From assembly GCA_963735535.1 (NCBI GenBank), contig CAVTLL010000005.1:52901-116900 (forward strand): 64,000 bases of DNA, given 5' to 3'. Shown one piece after another: positions 18,461 to 31,237 of this stretch. This stretch comes from an uncultured Actinomycetota bacterium (GTDB lineage: Bacteria > Actinomycetota > Thermoleophilia > Gaiellales > Gaiellaceae). The position numbers and the translations under genes are program-made. Position 1 is the first letter of the stretch, and every line of letters starts with the position of its first letter. A model generated the notes under the pieces. The model was not told where the DNA came from and did not search any database. It saw only the letters and a list, made by a program, of their open reading frames with translations.

Positions 18461-19816
18461 ATGGCGCTTCGGATCACGTTGGTCGCCGTCCTCGCCGCAG
18501 CGCTCGTGACCGGCGGTGCGTCGGGAGCGGCAGCTCCGCGTTCCGGGCCGACCGCATCGGCCAAAGCTCTCGCGGTTCGCATCGTCTTCCCGAACGGTCG
18601 CGTCGTCGCTTCGGCCGCGGCAGGAGGGGCAGGCATTCTCGCGTCGTCGTCGCCGAGCTACTCCTATCCCGGCGATGGCTCAGTTGTGGTGACCGGCGGG
18701 ATCAAGGTCACGACGACGACCACGGAGGCGAAGACCGCGAGCGGCAACGCCGCTGCCGCGGCTGCCAACGTCTCTCTTTTCGAGGGCGAGATCACCGCCG
18801 ACTCCGTCACGGCCCACGCGAGCGCGGCTACGAACGCCGGTAGCGCGGGCGGCGCCTTTGGCGGGACCGGCGTCGTCCATCTCCAGGCGCTGGGGCGCAC
18901 CCACGCGTTCGGCAGCGCGGCACTCGCCGACTGGGGCCACCTGACGATCGCGAGTCACAGAACGGCCAGGTCGGCCCTCGCCGGCGTCAAGAGCTACGAC
19001 GGCATCTCGATCGGGCTCGACATCAAGCTCACAGCACCGCACGGCGGCCTCCCCGCCGGCACGGACATCCAGGTCGGGTACGCGGAGGCCTCGGCCCAGA
19101 CGGCTCCCCCGGTAGTAGCGGACGCGGGCGCCCGGCCCGAGCCGGGCGATCGGCCACAGCTGCTTCCGCCGACGACCGGCGGACTGATCGGCGTGCCGCA
19201 GGTGGTCGAGCCCCCGCTGACCGCGGGCGGCTACATCTACCCGGTGTACGGCCGGAACGACTACACCGACCAGTACGGCTCCGCCTCCGGCGGCTCGAAC
19301 TACCAGCACGGGATCGACCTCTTCGGCCAGCTCGGCCAGCCACTCGTCGCCGTCGCCGACGGCACGCTCTTCTCGGTGGGCTGGAACCACGCGACCGGCA
19401 ACCGTCTCTGGCTCCGCGACCGGCAGGGAAACCAGTTTGCGTACTCGCATCTCTCCGCATTCTCGACCCTGACCTCGAACGGTGCTCACGTCAGGGCGGG
19501 ACAGGTGATCGGGTTCATGGGCAACACCGGCAACACCGGCGGCGAGCCGACGCACCTGCACTTCGAGGTGCACCCCGTCTCGCTGCTCTTCCTCGGTCAG
19601 GACGGCGCCGTCGACCCGGCGCCCTACCTGGCCGCGTGGCACCGTCTCGCGAGCCTTGCCTTCCCGGTCGCGACCGGATGGGCGCCGAGCGTCCCCGGCA
19701 CGATCAAGGCGCCCGAGCCGGGAGCCGTGCTCACCGGCTCGAGCGACATCTCGACCGAGAGCGGCCTCGATCCTGCCGCCCTCCGGCGGGCACTTCACCC
19801 GGGTGTCAGTGGCTGA
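18461..19816 (+). CDS. secreted M23 family metallopeptidase
   Basis: Signal peptide MALRITLVAVLAAALVTGGASGAAA. C-terminal LytM motifs YQHGIDL and GEPTHLHFEVHP. The upstream 311 aa of the track ORF are Arg-rich junk overlapping other genes. Confidence 0.85.
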   Translation: MALRITLVAVLAAALVTGGASGAAAPRSGPTASAKALAVRIVFPNGRVVASAAAGGAGILASSSPSYSYPGDGSVVVTGGIKVTTTTTEAKTASGNAAAAAANVSLFEGEITADSVTAHASAATNAGSAGGAFGGTGVVHLQALGRTHAFGSAALADWGHLTIASHRTARSALAGVKSYDGISIGLDIKLTAPHGGLPAGTDIQVGYAEASAQTAPPVVADAGARPEPGDRPQLLPPTTGGLIGVPQVVEPPLTAGGYIYPVYGRNDYTDQYGSASGGSNYQHGIDLFGQLGQPLVAVADGTLFSVGWNHATGNRLWLRDRQGNQFAYSHLSAFSTLTSNGAHVRAGQVIGFMGNTGNTGGEPTHLHFEVHPVSLLFLGQDGAVDPAPYLAAWHRLASLAFPVATGWAPSVPGTIKAPEPGAVLTGSSDISTESGLDPAALRRALHPGVSG

Positions 19817-19829
19817 AAGCTCGAGCTTT
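19816..19829. terminator. palindromic hairpin between convergent genes
   Basis: Perfect 14-bp palindrome AAAGCTCGAGCTTT, spanning the last base of the M23 stop codon (19814-19816) and ending 4 nt before the convergent stop at 19834. Short stem, flanked by A/T on both sides. Confidence 0.35.
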
Positions 19830-19833
19830 GAGG

Positions 19834-20268
19834 CTAGGGTCGGCCGTTCGAGCCGTGGTCGTGCCCTTCGTGGCTCTCTCCACCCGACGACATCAGATCG
19901 CGGATGAAGCGCCGCGTCTCCGCACCCGTCACCGGGTTGAAGAGAATCCCGAGCGCGATGCCCGCGATGAGCAGCGTCGAAGCACGATTGGACGACCGCT
20001 CGCGCTTTCCCTTCAGCCGCTCGCTCGCGCTGCGCAGGTCGTCGATCGCCTCGCGAAGCTTGTCGCGGACGTCGTCGTCTGTCGCCACGCGGCTCGCCAG
20101 CGTGATCGGCCGGTCACGATCGGTGACGAGATCGCCGTACAGCTCGCGCGCAGTCGCGAACGCGCGCATCACCTCACGGCGCAGCCTCTCGTCGGTCATT
20201 GCGCGCTCGACGTACGGCCGTACTGTGTCGGCCGTGTCCACGAGCGATGATTTCTTGGACTTCGGCAT
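19834..20268 (-). CDS. hypothetical protein with C-terminal TM helix and His-rich tail
   Basis: ATG 20268 preceded by AAGGAG with a 9-nt spacer. MPKSKK... helical charged region, then STLLIAGIALGILF. The upstream part of the track ORF has no support. Confidence 0.5.
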   Translation of the reverse strand: MPKSKKSSLVDTADTVRPYVERAMTDERLRREVMRAFATARELYGDLVTDRDRPITLASRVATDDDVRDKLREAIDDLRSASERLKGKRERSSNRASTLLIAGIALGILFNPVTGAETRRFIRDLMSSGGESHEGHDHGSNGRP

Positions 20269-20785
20269 GAGTCCCCGCTCCTTTCCGTCGGCTGCCCGGG
20301 CCAATTGGCTTCGGGCCGCCGGTCTGGTTGCGCTGCTCATCCTTGCAGGCTGCGGGGGGTCTGGGTCGAGCAACGTGCAAACCGTGCACGGAGACGGGTA
20401 CAGCTTCGAGGCGCCGGCGACCTGGGTGGTCGTCAGCAAGGGCTCCTCGACCTCTGCGAGCGACGGGGCGGTCAACCGGCTCGAGGTCTCGACTTTCACG
20501 CTCGAGAAGGCCTACCGCACCGCACTGTTCGCGGCTGTCGTCAAGGAGCTCGACCGAGCCGCAGACGGGCTCGCGACCCAGCTCAAGGGGAAGGTCGCCG
20601 GCAGCTCCACGATTGAGGTCGACGGTCGGAAGGCGCGCTCCTACACGATTGATTACGGCGGGAAGACCGAGCAGATCGTGTTCGTTCTCGAGGACAAGAC
20701 CGAGTACGAGCTCCTCTGTCGCCGTCCGACGTCGGCGTCGAGCGCGACGTGCGACCAGCTCTTCTCGAGCTTCGGGGTCGGGTAA
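20267..20785 (+). CDS. putative lipoprotein
   Basis: Lipobox LILAGCGG after a positively charged N-region. 172 aa. No SD. Start codon overlaps the divergent gene's start (CATG). Confidence 0.55.
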   Translation: MSPRSFPSAARANWLRAAGLVALLILAGCGGSGSSNVQTVHGDGYSFEAPATWVVVSKGSSTSASDGAVNRLEVSTFTLEKAYRTALFAAVVKELDRAADGLATQLKGKVAGSSTIEVDGRKARSYTIDYGGKTEQIVFVLEDKTEYELLCRRPTSASSATCDQLFSSFGVG

Positions 20786-20793
20786 GAACCTCC

Positions 20794-21816
20794 TCAGGAA
20801 CCGGCCGATACGAGCTCGCGCACCGGCTCGCGGCTCTTCGCCATTGGCCCGAGAACCCGCAGGCCGGTCTGGCGCAGGTAGCTGTCGGGAAGCAAGCCGA
20901 AGCTCACGAGAGCCGAGGGGAGCCGGGTCTTCGCCCGCATCTCCGCCGAGTGGCGCCAGCCGCCCGTGAACCCGACGACGTCTGCCCTGGGGTTCAGCTT
21001 CCGGATCGTCTTCAGGAAGCGCGCCGCTTGCCGCTGCTGGTCGATCACGATCTTGTCGTTCGGGCTCCACCAGATCTGCAGAGGGACTCCCGAAAAGGCA
21101 ATTGCGCGCGCGTAGGTGAGCGGGCTGCGAAGCTCGTAGGCGAACGGCACCTTGTGAGGCGACCCGCCGAGCTCCGCGCGCGCGAGCGACTGGAGCGAAC
21201 GGCCGATCGGGCCGTTCCACACCTTTCGACAGGCGGCCGTGCAGGCGAGCTTCGGGAACTCGTGGTACTGGAGCGCGAAGTCGACGACCGGATCGAACGC
21301 CGCCGCTCCGGCGAGCAGGTGTGGGTATTTGGCCAGGAGGAGCAATGTCTCCTGGCCACCCATGCTCCCGCCGACCGCGTAGATCTGCCGCGCCGCGATG
21401 TGCACCCACGGAAGGGTCAGCTGGATGATCCTGGGCATTCGCGCGAGGTCGGAGATCTGGCCGGCCGAGCCCCAGGAGTAGTTGGCCAGTTTGCGGCCCT
21501 GACCGTCCGGGCTGATCACCGCGAAGCTCCCGGTCGCGGGAAGTTGCCCCCACAGCCTTACGTTGGCTCGGCCGCTGATCCCGCGGCCGTGCGGGGAGAT
21601 GACGAGCGGGATCGGCGGCGCGTGCCCGGGCCGGTACGAGCGGGGCAGAGCGACGTACGCGAATCGGCGCGCGCCGTCATGAGCACGGTAGGCGATCTTC
21701 CACACCCGCACCTTTCCGACCGCGACTGAGCTCACCGCGCCGGCCGAGCCGGCGGCGGCTACGGTCAGTGCGAGAGCACCGCACGCCGCGGCTGCGATTC
21801 TGGACCCCCGCGCCAC
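20794..21816 (-). CDS. secreted alpha/beta-hydrolase (esterase/peptidase S9-like)
   Basis: GTG 21816 gives the signal-like RIAAAACGALALTVAAAGSAGA. Nucleophile elbow GGSMGG. Precise family not determined. Confidence 0.6.
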   Translation of the reverse strand: MARGSRIAAAACGALALTVAAAGSAGAVSSVAVGKVRVWKIAYRAHDGARRFAYVALPRSYRPGHAPPIPLVISPHGRGISGRANVRLWGQLPATGSFAVISPDGQGRKLANYSWGSAGQISDLARMPRIIQLTLPWVHIAARQIYAVGGSMGGQETLLLLAKYPHLLAGAAAFDPVVDFALQYHEFPKLACTAACRKVWNGPIGRSLQSLARAELGGSPHKVPFAYELRSPLTYARAIAFSGVPLQIWWSPNDKIVIDQQRQAARFLKTIRKLNPRADVVGFTGGWRHSAEMRAKTRLPSALVSFGLLPDSYLRQTGLRVLGPMAKSREPVRELVSAGS

Positions 21817-21826
21817 CGCAGGGACT

Positions 21827-24021
21827 TTACGAAATCCGGGCGACGAAATCGAGGGAACTTGCCCGCGACGGGAGCTCGATCGTGCCCGACGCTGCGTCGA
21901 ATCGGTATGGCGCCGACAACGAGATGATCCGCTTACCGGGGGGCAGGCGAAGCCGAAGCCGCAGTACGCGAGCATTCGCGGCGCGCGGGACCTCGACGTG
22001 CACCGTTATCTCGCGGGCGGAGGCGGCGAGCGAGTAGGAGAGCGGTCCGAAGGCTGTCGGGACGGCGCTGACCGCGATCCGCCGACCGGGACGCAGCCAC
22101 GCGCGAGGGGTTGCATACGCGAGCCGGAGACCGGAGGGCGATTCCTGGACGAGCATCAGGCGCAGCGTCTCCAGGAACGAGTCGTTGGCGACGCTGTTCG
22201 GCGGCAGGTACATCGCGCGGTAGCGGAGACCGTCGAGCGGAGCGACGCTCGCGGCCTCTCCGGCGACGAACGTGTTCGGTGTCATCGCCGCGGCAAGCTG
22301 GCCGTAAAGGTCGAGCACGAGCTCGTCGGCGTCGTCCTGCGCGGCGAGGAACCGTGCGAGGTTGACCCCGTAGACCTCGTCCGTACCCGACAGTCGCGGG
22401 TTCGCGCCAGGCCCGTAGAGCGCGTAGCCGCCCGCGCGCACGAGGCCGAGGAGCAGCGAGCCATGACGCTCGAGATAGGCGAGCACGCCAAGCGTGATCC
22501 GGCTGCGCGGGGGGAAGAGGCCCGAGGCGAGGGCATAGGGAGCGACGAGGTTCCAGTAGCTGCCCTCGCGCGACTCGGTCACGCTTCCATAGGCCTTCTC
22601 GGCGGTTTCGAGGCGCATCGGCAGGAAGAGCGAGCCGTCGGGCAGCCTCCGCACCGACCGGGCGATCGCGCGTCGGAGGGCGACACCGAGGGGTCGCGCG
22701 ACCGCGCGGGCCTCAGCTGCAAACCCGGGTCGATCGCTCCCGGCCCACACGGTTGCGATCGCGAGTAGCCCCTGCCAGGCCACTGCCTGGGCGTGGAGCC
22801 CCTGCACCGCGTCCGGGATATCGGAGGAGAAGTGCTCGGGCGCGAGCAGTCCTGAAGGTTTCTGGCGCCCCCTGAGTGCTCCGACGTATCCAGCCAGGGT
22901 CGGCGTTGCGTGCGCGAGGAATCGGTGATCGCCCGACAGCGCGGCATAGACCGCCGAGGCGAGCAACCTCTCGCCCATCGACCAGCTCGGGTACGGCCGC
23001 GGCTTACGCGTGAACGAGACGCCGAGCGTCGTTCGGCTTTCCGGAAAGAATCCGAGCTCGGCGAGCACCTGCGCCTCGTCGAGGCTCTCGGGGAACGAGA
23101 ACTCCTCGTAGGGATTTCCAATGCTGTAGCGCCAGGAAAGCCCGAGGTTCTGCACGATGAGCGACCGCTGCGCATCCATCACGCGCTTCTCGGGCACCTC
23201 GAGCTGCGCCCCGCCGTTCAGGCGTTCGCGCCAGTACGCGGCAACCGAAGCCCGCGTGGAAACATAGGTGGACGCGTCGACCTGCGGACCCGTGGCGGCG
23301 GGGTGGTCGAGCCAAGCGGCGTAGACGTCGCCGCCTCGGAACGCCAGCGATCGCCCGTTCCAGCGCGCTGCGCCGTCGAAGACGAGGTAGGTGCGTCCGC
23401 CGCGCAGGAGTCGGTTGCCCTCACGGCGCAGGCCCCGGACGGTGGGCGTCAGCGCGATGGCGCCCGGCCCCGTGACGTGGACGAAGCTCGCGAGTCTGCC
23501 GGACACGCGGGCCGCGAACGACTCCTGCCGGTAGCTGCCGTAGCGCAGCTCCAGGATCGGCAGCCACCCGTCGGCAAGCCTCGGCGTCGCGAGCCGGGCG
23601 AGGCAGGAGCCGAAAAGCTTGCCACCGGCGGAGATCGCGATTCCCGCCCCGCCCGTTCGATCCGAGCGGATCTCGCTGCCGTCGGCGACGTGAAGCTCGA
23701 CCGACCCCGCACCCTGGGGCCCGCCGGGCTCCGAGAACGCGAGGTAGTAGACGCCGGAGTGGGTCAGCGGCCTGCCGCCGCTCGTGCGCGCATAGAGAAG
23801 CGGAGCGAGGTATCTGCTCGCGCCCGCATAGGTCGGCCCGCCCGGCGTGCGCAGCAGCCGAGCGCCCCAGAGATCGCCGTGGGACGAAAGCGCCGCCTCG
23901 ATCCGAGCGGTGTAGGCAGGGCTTGCCTTCGGTGCGGCGCAGGCTCGCTGTGTCACCAACGCCGCCTGTGCCCCCGGTGCCGGGAAGAGCAGGGTGATTG
24001 CGGCGAGCAGCGCCGCTCTGG

Positions 24022-24025
<4 letters not shown>
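21827..24025 (-). CDS. secreted hypothetical protein, 732 aa (possibly an alpha/alpha-barrel glycosidase-like fold)
   Basis: TTG 24025 overlaps the lon stop (TTGA) and gives signal peptide TRAALLAAITLLFPAPGAQAA. Long non-repetitive ORF with normal composition. The fold guess is weak. Confidence 0.5.
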
Positions 24026-26445
<2,420 letters not shown>

Positions 26446-26454
26446 CCGCGTGCG

Positions 26455-26898
26455 TCATCGGCGCTCCACCACGATCGTGATCAGGGGCCCGAGCAGCGGC
26501 TTGCCGACGATCGGCAGCGTGATCGTCACGATCCCGTGCTCGTAGGTGGCGTGCGCGTTCTCGGGGTCGACGTCCTCGCTCAGGCGGATCCGGCGCTGGA
26601 ACGGGCCGTACTCGATCTCCATCTGCTGGTAGACGCGCCCATCCGAGCGCTCGCGGGCCCGCTCGCCGGAGACGACGAGCGTTCGCTCGCTGACGGCGAT
26701 CGCCAAGCTGTTCGGGTCGATCCCGGGAACCTCGACGACGACCGTCAGCTCCGGCGGGTCGTCGGTGCGGTAGCTGTCGACGTTCGGGCGGAACCCGCGG
26801 CGGAGCCCTGCAAAGCGAGGCACGTGCCAGAGCTCCGAGAAGAGCTCCTCGATCTCCGCCTGCAGATGCTCCGGCGTCAGCTTGTCGGGCCGCGTCAC
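26455..26898 (-). CDS. Hsp20/alpha-crystallin small heat-shock protein
   Basis: GTG 26898. PNVDSYRTDDPPELTVVVEVPGIDP...GIVTITLP is an alpha-crystallin domain. 9 nt upstream of lon. Confidence 0.8.
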   Translation of the reverse strand: MTRPDKLTPEHLQAEIEELFSELWHVPRFAGLRRGFRPNVDSYRTDDPPELTVVVEVPGIDPNSLAIAVSERTLVVSGERARERSDGRVYQQMEIEYGPFQRRIRLSEDVDPENAHATYEHGIVTITLPIVGKPLLGPLITIVVERR

Positions 26899-26958
26899 GC
26901 GGCTAAAGGTATCCGGTCGGTGACGGCGCAGGCTTGACGGAGCCGCAAGAGGGCGACG

Positions 26959-29197
26959 GTGCGGGCTTTGCCGGCGGCGGGAGCGGGTACCGTCTCGGAC
27001 GTGGTCGCCTGGACTCGGTTCGTGCTCCGGCATCGGCGCTGGGTTCTGGCGATCTGGATCGCCGTGTTCCTGATCGGCGGGTTCGCGAGCTCGAAGCTGT
27101 CCGCGATCCTCTCCAACACCTTCTCTGTGCCGGGCACCGCCTCCGAGCAGGTGCGTCACAACCTCGAGGTGCACTACGGCGATCGTTCCGACGGATCGTT
27201 CACCGTTGTCTTCGAGCTGCCGAAGGGCGCAACGGCCAACGCGCCGGAGCTGCGGCAGGAGCTGACCACCGCGGTCGGTCGCGCAGCCGCGGTCGTGCCG
27301 GGCGGGAAGCCGCTCAACTTCAACGTCGCGACGAACACCGGCGGGGAAGACCGTCGTCTACGGCGACATCAGCTCGACTCTCAACCTTGCCCAGGCGAAG
27401 GGCTACACCGGCAAGGTGATCGCCGCGCTCGGCACTCCAAGGGGTGTCGAGAACACCTACGTCACCGGCGCTGCGGCGATCCAGCACGACCTCGACCCGG
27501 TGTTCAACCGAGACCTCAAGCACGGCGAGCTCGCGATCGCCGTGCCGATCGCGCTCCTCGTCCTGCTCTGCGTGTTCGGGCTCTCATGGGCCGTTTCGAT
27601 CCCGCTGATCTTCGCCGCCTGCACGATCACGGGCACGCTCGGGATCGTCTACGGCGTCGCCAGCATCTGGGCGACGCCGACCTATGCGACGAACCTCGTC
27701 CAGCTGATCGGGTTGGGGATCGCCGTCGACTACTCGCTGCTGATCGTCTATCGCTTCCGCGAGGAGCTCGCGGGCGGGCTGGAGATCGACGACGCCGTCA
27801 TCCGGACAATGCAGACGGCCGGCCGGGCGGTCGTGTTCTCCGGCATCGCCGTCGCGCTCGGCCTGTCGCTACTCGTGGCGATTCCGCTGCCGTTCATTCG
27901 GATGCTCGGTGTGGCCGGCTTTCTGATCCCGGTTGTCTCGATCGTCGGCGCTGTGACCCTGCAGCCGGCGCTGCTCTCGTTTTACGGCCGCAAGGGAACC
28001 GTGCGCCACCGGCTGCTGCGCCGGGAGCCGAAGTCGACGAGCGACGGGTTCTGGGCCCGGCTCGCGCGTTCGATCATGAAGCGGCCGCTCGTCTATCTCG
28101 CGTGCGGCTCCGCCGTGCTGATTGCGATGGCCGTGCCCGCGATCCGGCTGCAGCTGACGCCCGGCTCGACATTCGGCATCCCCCGCACCTCGCAGTCGGT
28201 CAAGGGTTTCGACCTGCTTCGCGCCGCCGTCGGCCCGGGAGCAGTCGCCCCCGCCCAGATCCTCGTCATCAGTGCGGGCGAGCCGGTGCTCGCGGCGCCT
28301 ACCCAGGCGGCGGTCGCCCGGCTCGTTGCCGCGCTCGGCCGGGATCCCGAGGTGGCGAAGGTCTACACCGGCACGACGAGCCGGTTCATCGACTCGAGCC
28401 GGCGCTACGAGCAGATCCTGGTTGCAGGCCGGCACGACTACGGCTTCCCCGAGGCGCAGGCGTTCGTGAAACGCCTGCGAGAGGAGCTGATCCCGGCCGC
28501 GCGATTCCCCGCGACGACCCAGGTGCTCGTCGGCGGCGGTCCCGGCCAGGGGGTCGACTTCCTGCACCAGGCGTACACCTATTTCGTGCCCCTGATCCTC
28601 GCGGTGCTCGTGCTGACCTACTTCTTGCTGATGCGCGCGTTCCGCTCGCTGCTTCTGCCGCTGAAGGCGGTGCTGCTCAACCTGCTTTCAGTCGCGGCTG
28701 CGTACGGGATGCTCGTGGTGTTCTTCCGCTACGGCCTAGGCCAGGATCTCTTCGGCCTCTACAAGTTCGCGCAGGTCGAAGGGTGGATCCCGATCTTCCT
28801 CTTCGCGATGCTGTTCGGGCTCTCGATGGACTACGAGGTGTTTCTCGTCACCCGGATGCGCGAGGCGTGGGACGAGGGTGCCGACAACGCCACCGCGGTC
28901 GAGCTCGGGCTCGAGAAGACCGGGCGGATCATCACCGCGGCCGCGATCATCATGTGCGCGGCGTTCTCGGGGTTCGTTGCCGGCAGCATCGTCGGTCTCC
29001 AGGAGTTTGGGCTGGGGCTCGCGGTTGCGATCTTCGTCGACGCCACGATCGTTCGCTGCCTGCTCGTCCCGAGCATGATGGCGATCCTCGATCGCTGGAA
29101 CTGGTGGCTTCCGTCGCCTCTCGCCAGGATCGTGCGGGTGCGGCCCTCGCCGCTCGAGACGCATCTGAAGCCTGCGGTCGAGCCGTCCCCCGGTTAG
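26959..29197 (+). pseudogene. MMPL/RND-type membrane transporter, one frame jump
   Basis: The N-terminal 129 aa (frame of 26959) and the C-terminal 593-aa ORF (27416..29197) are both MMPL-like (GIAVDYSLLIVYRFREE, GLSMDYEVFLVTRMRE). Reading ...NVATNTGG|KTVVYGDISS needs a 1-nt correction at the G4 run 27343..27346. Confidence 0.8.
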
Positions 29198-29209
29198 CAT
29201 CGTGGCGCG

Positions 29210-29977
29210 ATGAAGGGCCTCATCTGCGCCGGCGGCTCGGCGACGCGGCTCGAAGAGCTGACCCGCGTCACCAACAAGCACCTGCTCCCCGTGGGCCGAT
29301 GGCCGATGGTCTATTACCCGTTGCAGCTGCTCCAGCGGGTCGGAGTGACCGATGTGCTGCTCGTGACCGGTAAGCAGCACGCCGGTGACTTCATCGACCT
29401 GCTCGGTGACGGACACGTACAGGCGCGTTCCACCGGCGAGCCGCTCTTCGACGTGGACTTGAGCTACAAGGTGCAGGTCGCGCCTGGCGGGATCGCCCAG
29501 GTCGTCGGCATGGCGCGTGACTTCGCCCGCGGCGAGAAGCTCGTGGTCTGCCTCGGCGACAACATATTCGAGAACGCCCAGGCCGGCGCGATCGCCGGTT
29601 GGGGCGACGGGGCGCAGGTCTTCGTCAGCGAGGTCGACGATGCCGTCAACTTCGGCGTGGTCGCCTACGGCGAGAACGGTCGCGTCGCCGACATCGTCGA
29701 GAAGGCCGGTGTGGTCGACCTGCGTTATCCCGAGCCGCCGTCCAGGGACGCCGTGGTCGGCCTCTACTGCTACCCACCTGACGTGTTCGAGATCATCGAT
29801 TCGCTCGAGCCGTCCTCGCGCGGGGAGCTCGAGATCACCGACGTCAACCGCGCCTATGCGCAGCGCGGCGAGCTCTCGGTGTGCCGCGTCGAGGGTTGGT
29901 GGCACGACGGCGGTAAGCACTGGAGCGATCTCGCCGCTCTCGGCCAGAAGATCGAGGAGACGGGCGTGAACAAGTGA
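29210..29977 (+). CDS. sugar-phosphate nucleotidyltransferase (glucose-1-phosphate thymidylyltransferase-like, short form)
   Basis: MKGLICAGGSATRL...NKHLLPV N-terminal NTP-transferase motif. First gene of the rml cluster. Confidence 0.75.
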   Translation: MKGLICAGGSATRLEELTRVTNKHLLPVGRWPMVYYPLQLLQRVGVTDVLLVTGKQHAGDFIDLLGDGHVQARSTGEPLFDVDLSYKVQVAPGGIAQVVGMARDFARGEKLVVCLGDNIFENAQAGAIAGWGDGAQVFVSEVDDAVNFGVVAYGENGRVADIVEKAGVVDLRYPEPPSRDAVVGLYCYPPDVFEIIDSLEPSSRGELEITDVNRAYAQRGELSVCRVEGWWHDGGKHWSDLAALGQKIEETGVNK

Positions 29978-30435
29978 TCGTCGAGAGATTTCCTTTGACG
30001 CGCCACGGGGACGACCGAGGCTGGTTCAGCGAGCTCGGACGAGCGAGCGCCTTGCCGAAGCCGTTCCGTCAGGCGAACCTGTCGTGGTCGAAGCGGGGCG
30101 TCATCCGTGGCCTGCACTTCCACAAGCGCGGCCAGGACGACCTGTTCGTCTGCCTGCAGGGGATGGTGCGGGTAGTCGTCCTCGACCTCGAGACCGGTGA
30201 GCATTTCACCGAGGACATCGGCGACGAGAACCCGGTTGCGATCTACGTTCCGGGGACGCGAGCGCATGGCTACGAGGCCTTGACCGACGCGCTGTTCTGC
30301 TACCTCGTGACCGAGGAGTACGACGCAGCCGACCCCGACGAGCAGGGCATCCCCTGGGACGACCCACGGGTCGTCGACCTCTGGAGCACGCGATCGCCGG
30401 TTCTCTCGGAACGGGACAGGGCCGCGGCGTCCTGA
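29974..30435 (+). CDS. rmlC: dTDP-4-dehydrorhamnose 3,5-epimerase
   Basis: 153-aa cupin. RGLHFH..QDDLFVCLQG and HGYEALTD motifs. 4-nt overlap with the previous gene. Confidence 0.8.
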   Translation: MIVERFPLTRHGDDRGWFSELGRASALPKPFRQANLSWSKRGVIRGLHFHKRGQDDLFVCLQGMVRVVVLDLETGEHFTEDIGDENPVAIYVPGTRAHGYEALTDALFCYLVTEEYDAADPDEQGIPWDDPRVVDLWSTRSPVLSERDRAAAS

Positions 30436-31202
30436 TCACCGGCGCGGGGGGCCAGCTCGGACATGCGCTGGCCGAGCAGTTCCCCGAGGCCCGTGGACTC
30501 ACGCGCGCGGAGTGGGATGTCTGCTTTCCACGACCGGGTGACCGTGGTGTCGAGCTGGTCCTGCACGCCGCGGCCTGGACGAACGTCGACGGCGCCGAGG
30601 ACGATCCGCAGGGCGCGGCGGCAGTCAACGTGGGTGGGACCCAGAACGCCGCGGCGCTGGGCGCCCCGCTTGTCTACTTCTCCTCTGACTACGTCTTCGA
30701 CGGTACGAAGAGCGTCCCATACGTCGAATCCGACTCGCCGCATCCGCTCGGCGCCTACGGCCGCACGAAGCTGCACGGCGAGGCGGCGGCGGGCAGCGAG
30801 GCCTGGATCGTCCGTTCGTCCTGGCTCTTCGGGCCGGTCGGTCACAACTTCGTCCGGACGATGCTGCGGCTCGGCGCCGACCGCGACGAGGTGAGCGTCG
30901 TCGCCGACCAGCGCGGCTGCCCGACCTATACGGGGCATCTGGCAGCGGCTGTTCCCGCGGTCGTCGGCCTGACTTACGGCGTCTACCACGTCGCTGCGGG
31001 CGGCGATTGCACCTGGGCGGAGTTCGCGGAGGCGATCTTCGAGGAAGCAGGCCTCGGCTGCCGCGTCCGGCCGATCACGACGGCCGAGTTCGGCGCGAAG
31101 GCGCCGCGCCCGGCCTACTCGGTGCTCCGCTCGGAGAAGGGCGCACCCGTGCTGCCGCACTGGCGCGACGGCCTGCGCGAGTGTCTCCGCCGCATCGGCT
31201 GA
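30429..31202 (+). CDS. rmlD: dTDP-4-dehydrorhamnose reductase (start codon unresolved)
   Basis: Open frame reads VLITGAGGQLGHAL...AAWTNVDGAEDD...FSSDYVFDG...YGRTKLHGE. No ATG/GTG/TTG in frame before 30630 (only CTG 30432), so either a non-canonical start or a local indel. Confidence 0.75.
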   Translation, partial: VLITGAGGQLGHALAEQFPEARGLTRAEWDVCFPRPGDRGVELVLHAAAWTNVDGAEDDPQGAAAVNVGGTQNAAALGAPLVYFSSDYVFDGTKSVPYVESDSPHPLGAYGRTKLHGEAAAGSEAWIVRSSWLFGPVGHNFVRTMLRLGADRDEVSVVADQRGCPTYTGHLAAAVPAVVGLTYGVYHVAAGGDCTWAEFAEAIFEEAGLGCRVRPITTAEFGAKAPRPAYSVLRSEKGAPVLPHWRDGLRECLRRIG

Positions 31203-31237
31203 GGGACCCGCTCGCGGCGGCTAGCATCGTTCTCCTG

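Noticed and set aside
26899-26958. CIRCE or HAIR heat-shock operator upstream of hsp20-lon.
   Set aside because: Neither the TTAGCACTC-N9-GAGTGCTAA nor the CTTGAGT-N7-ACTCAAG consensus is present in the spacer.
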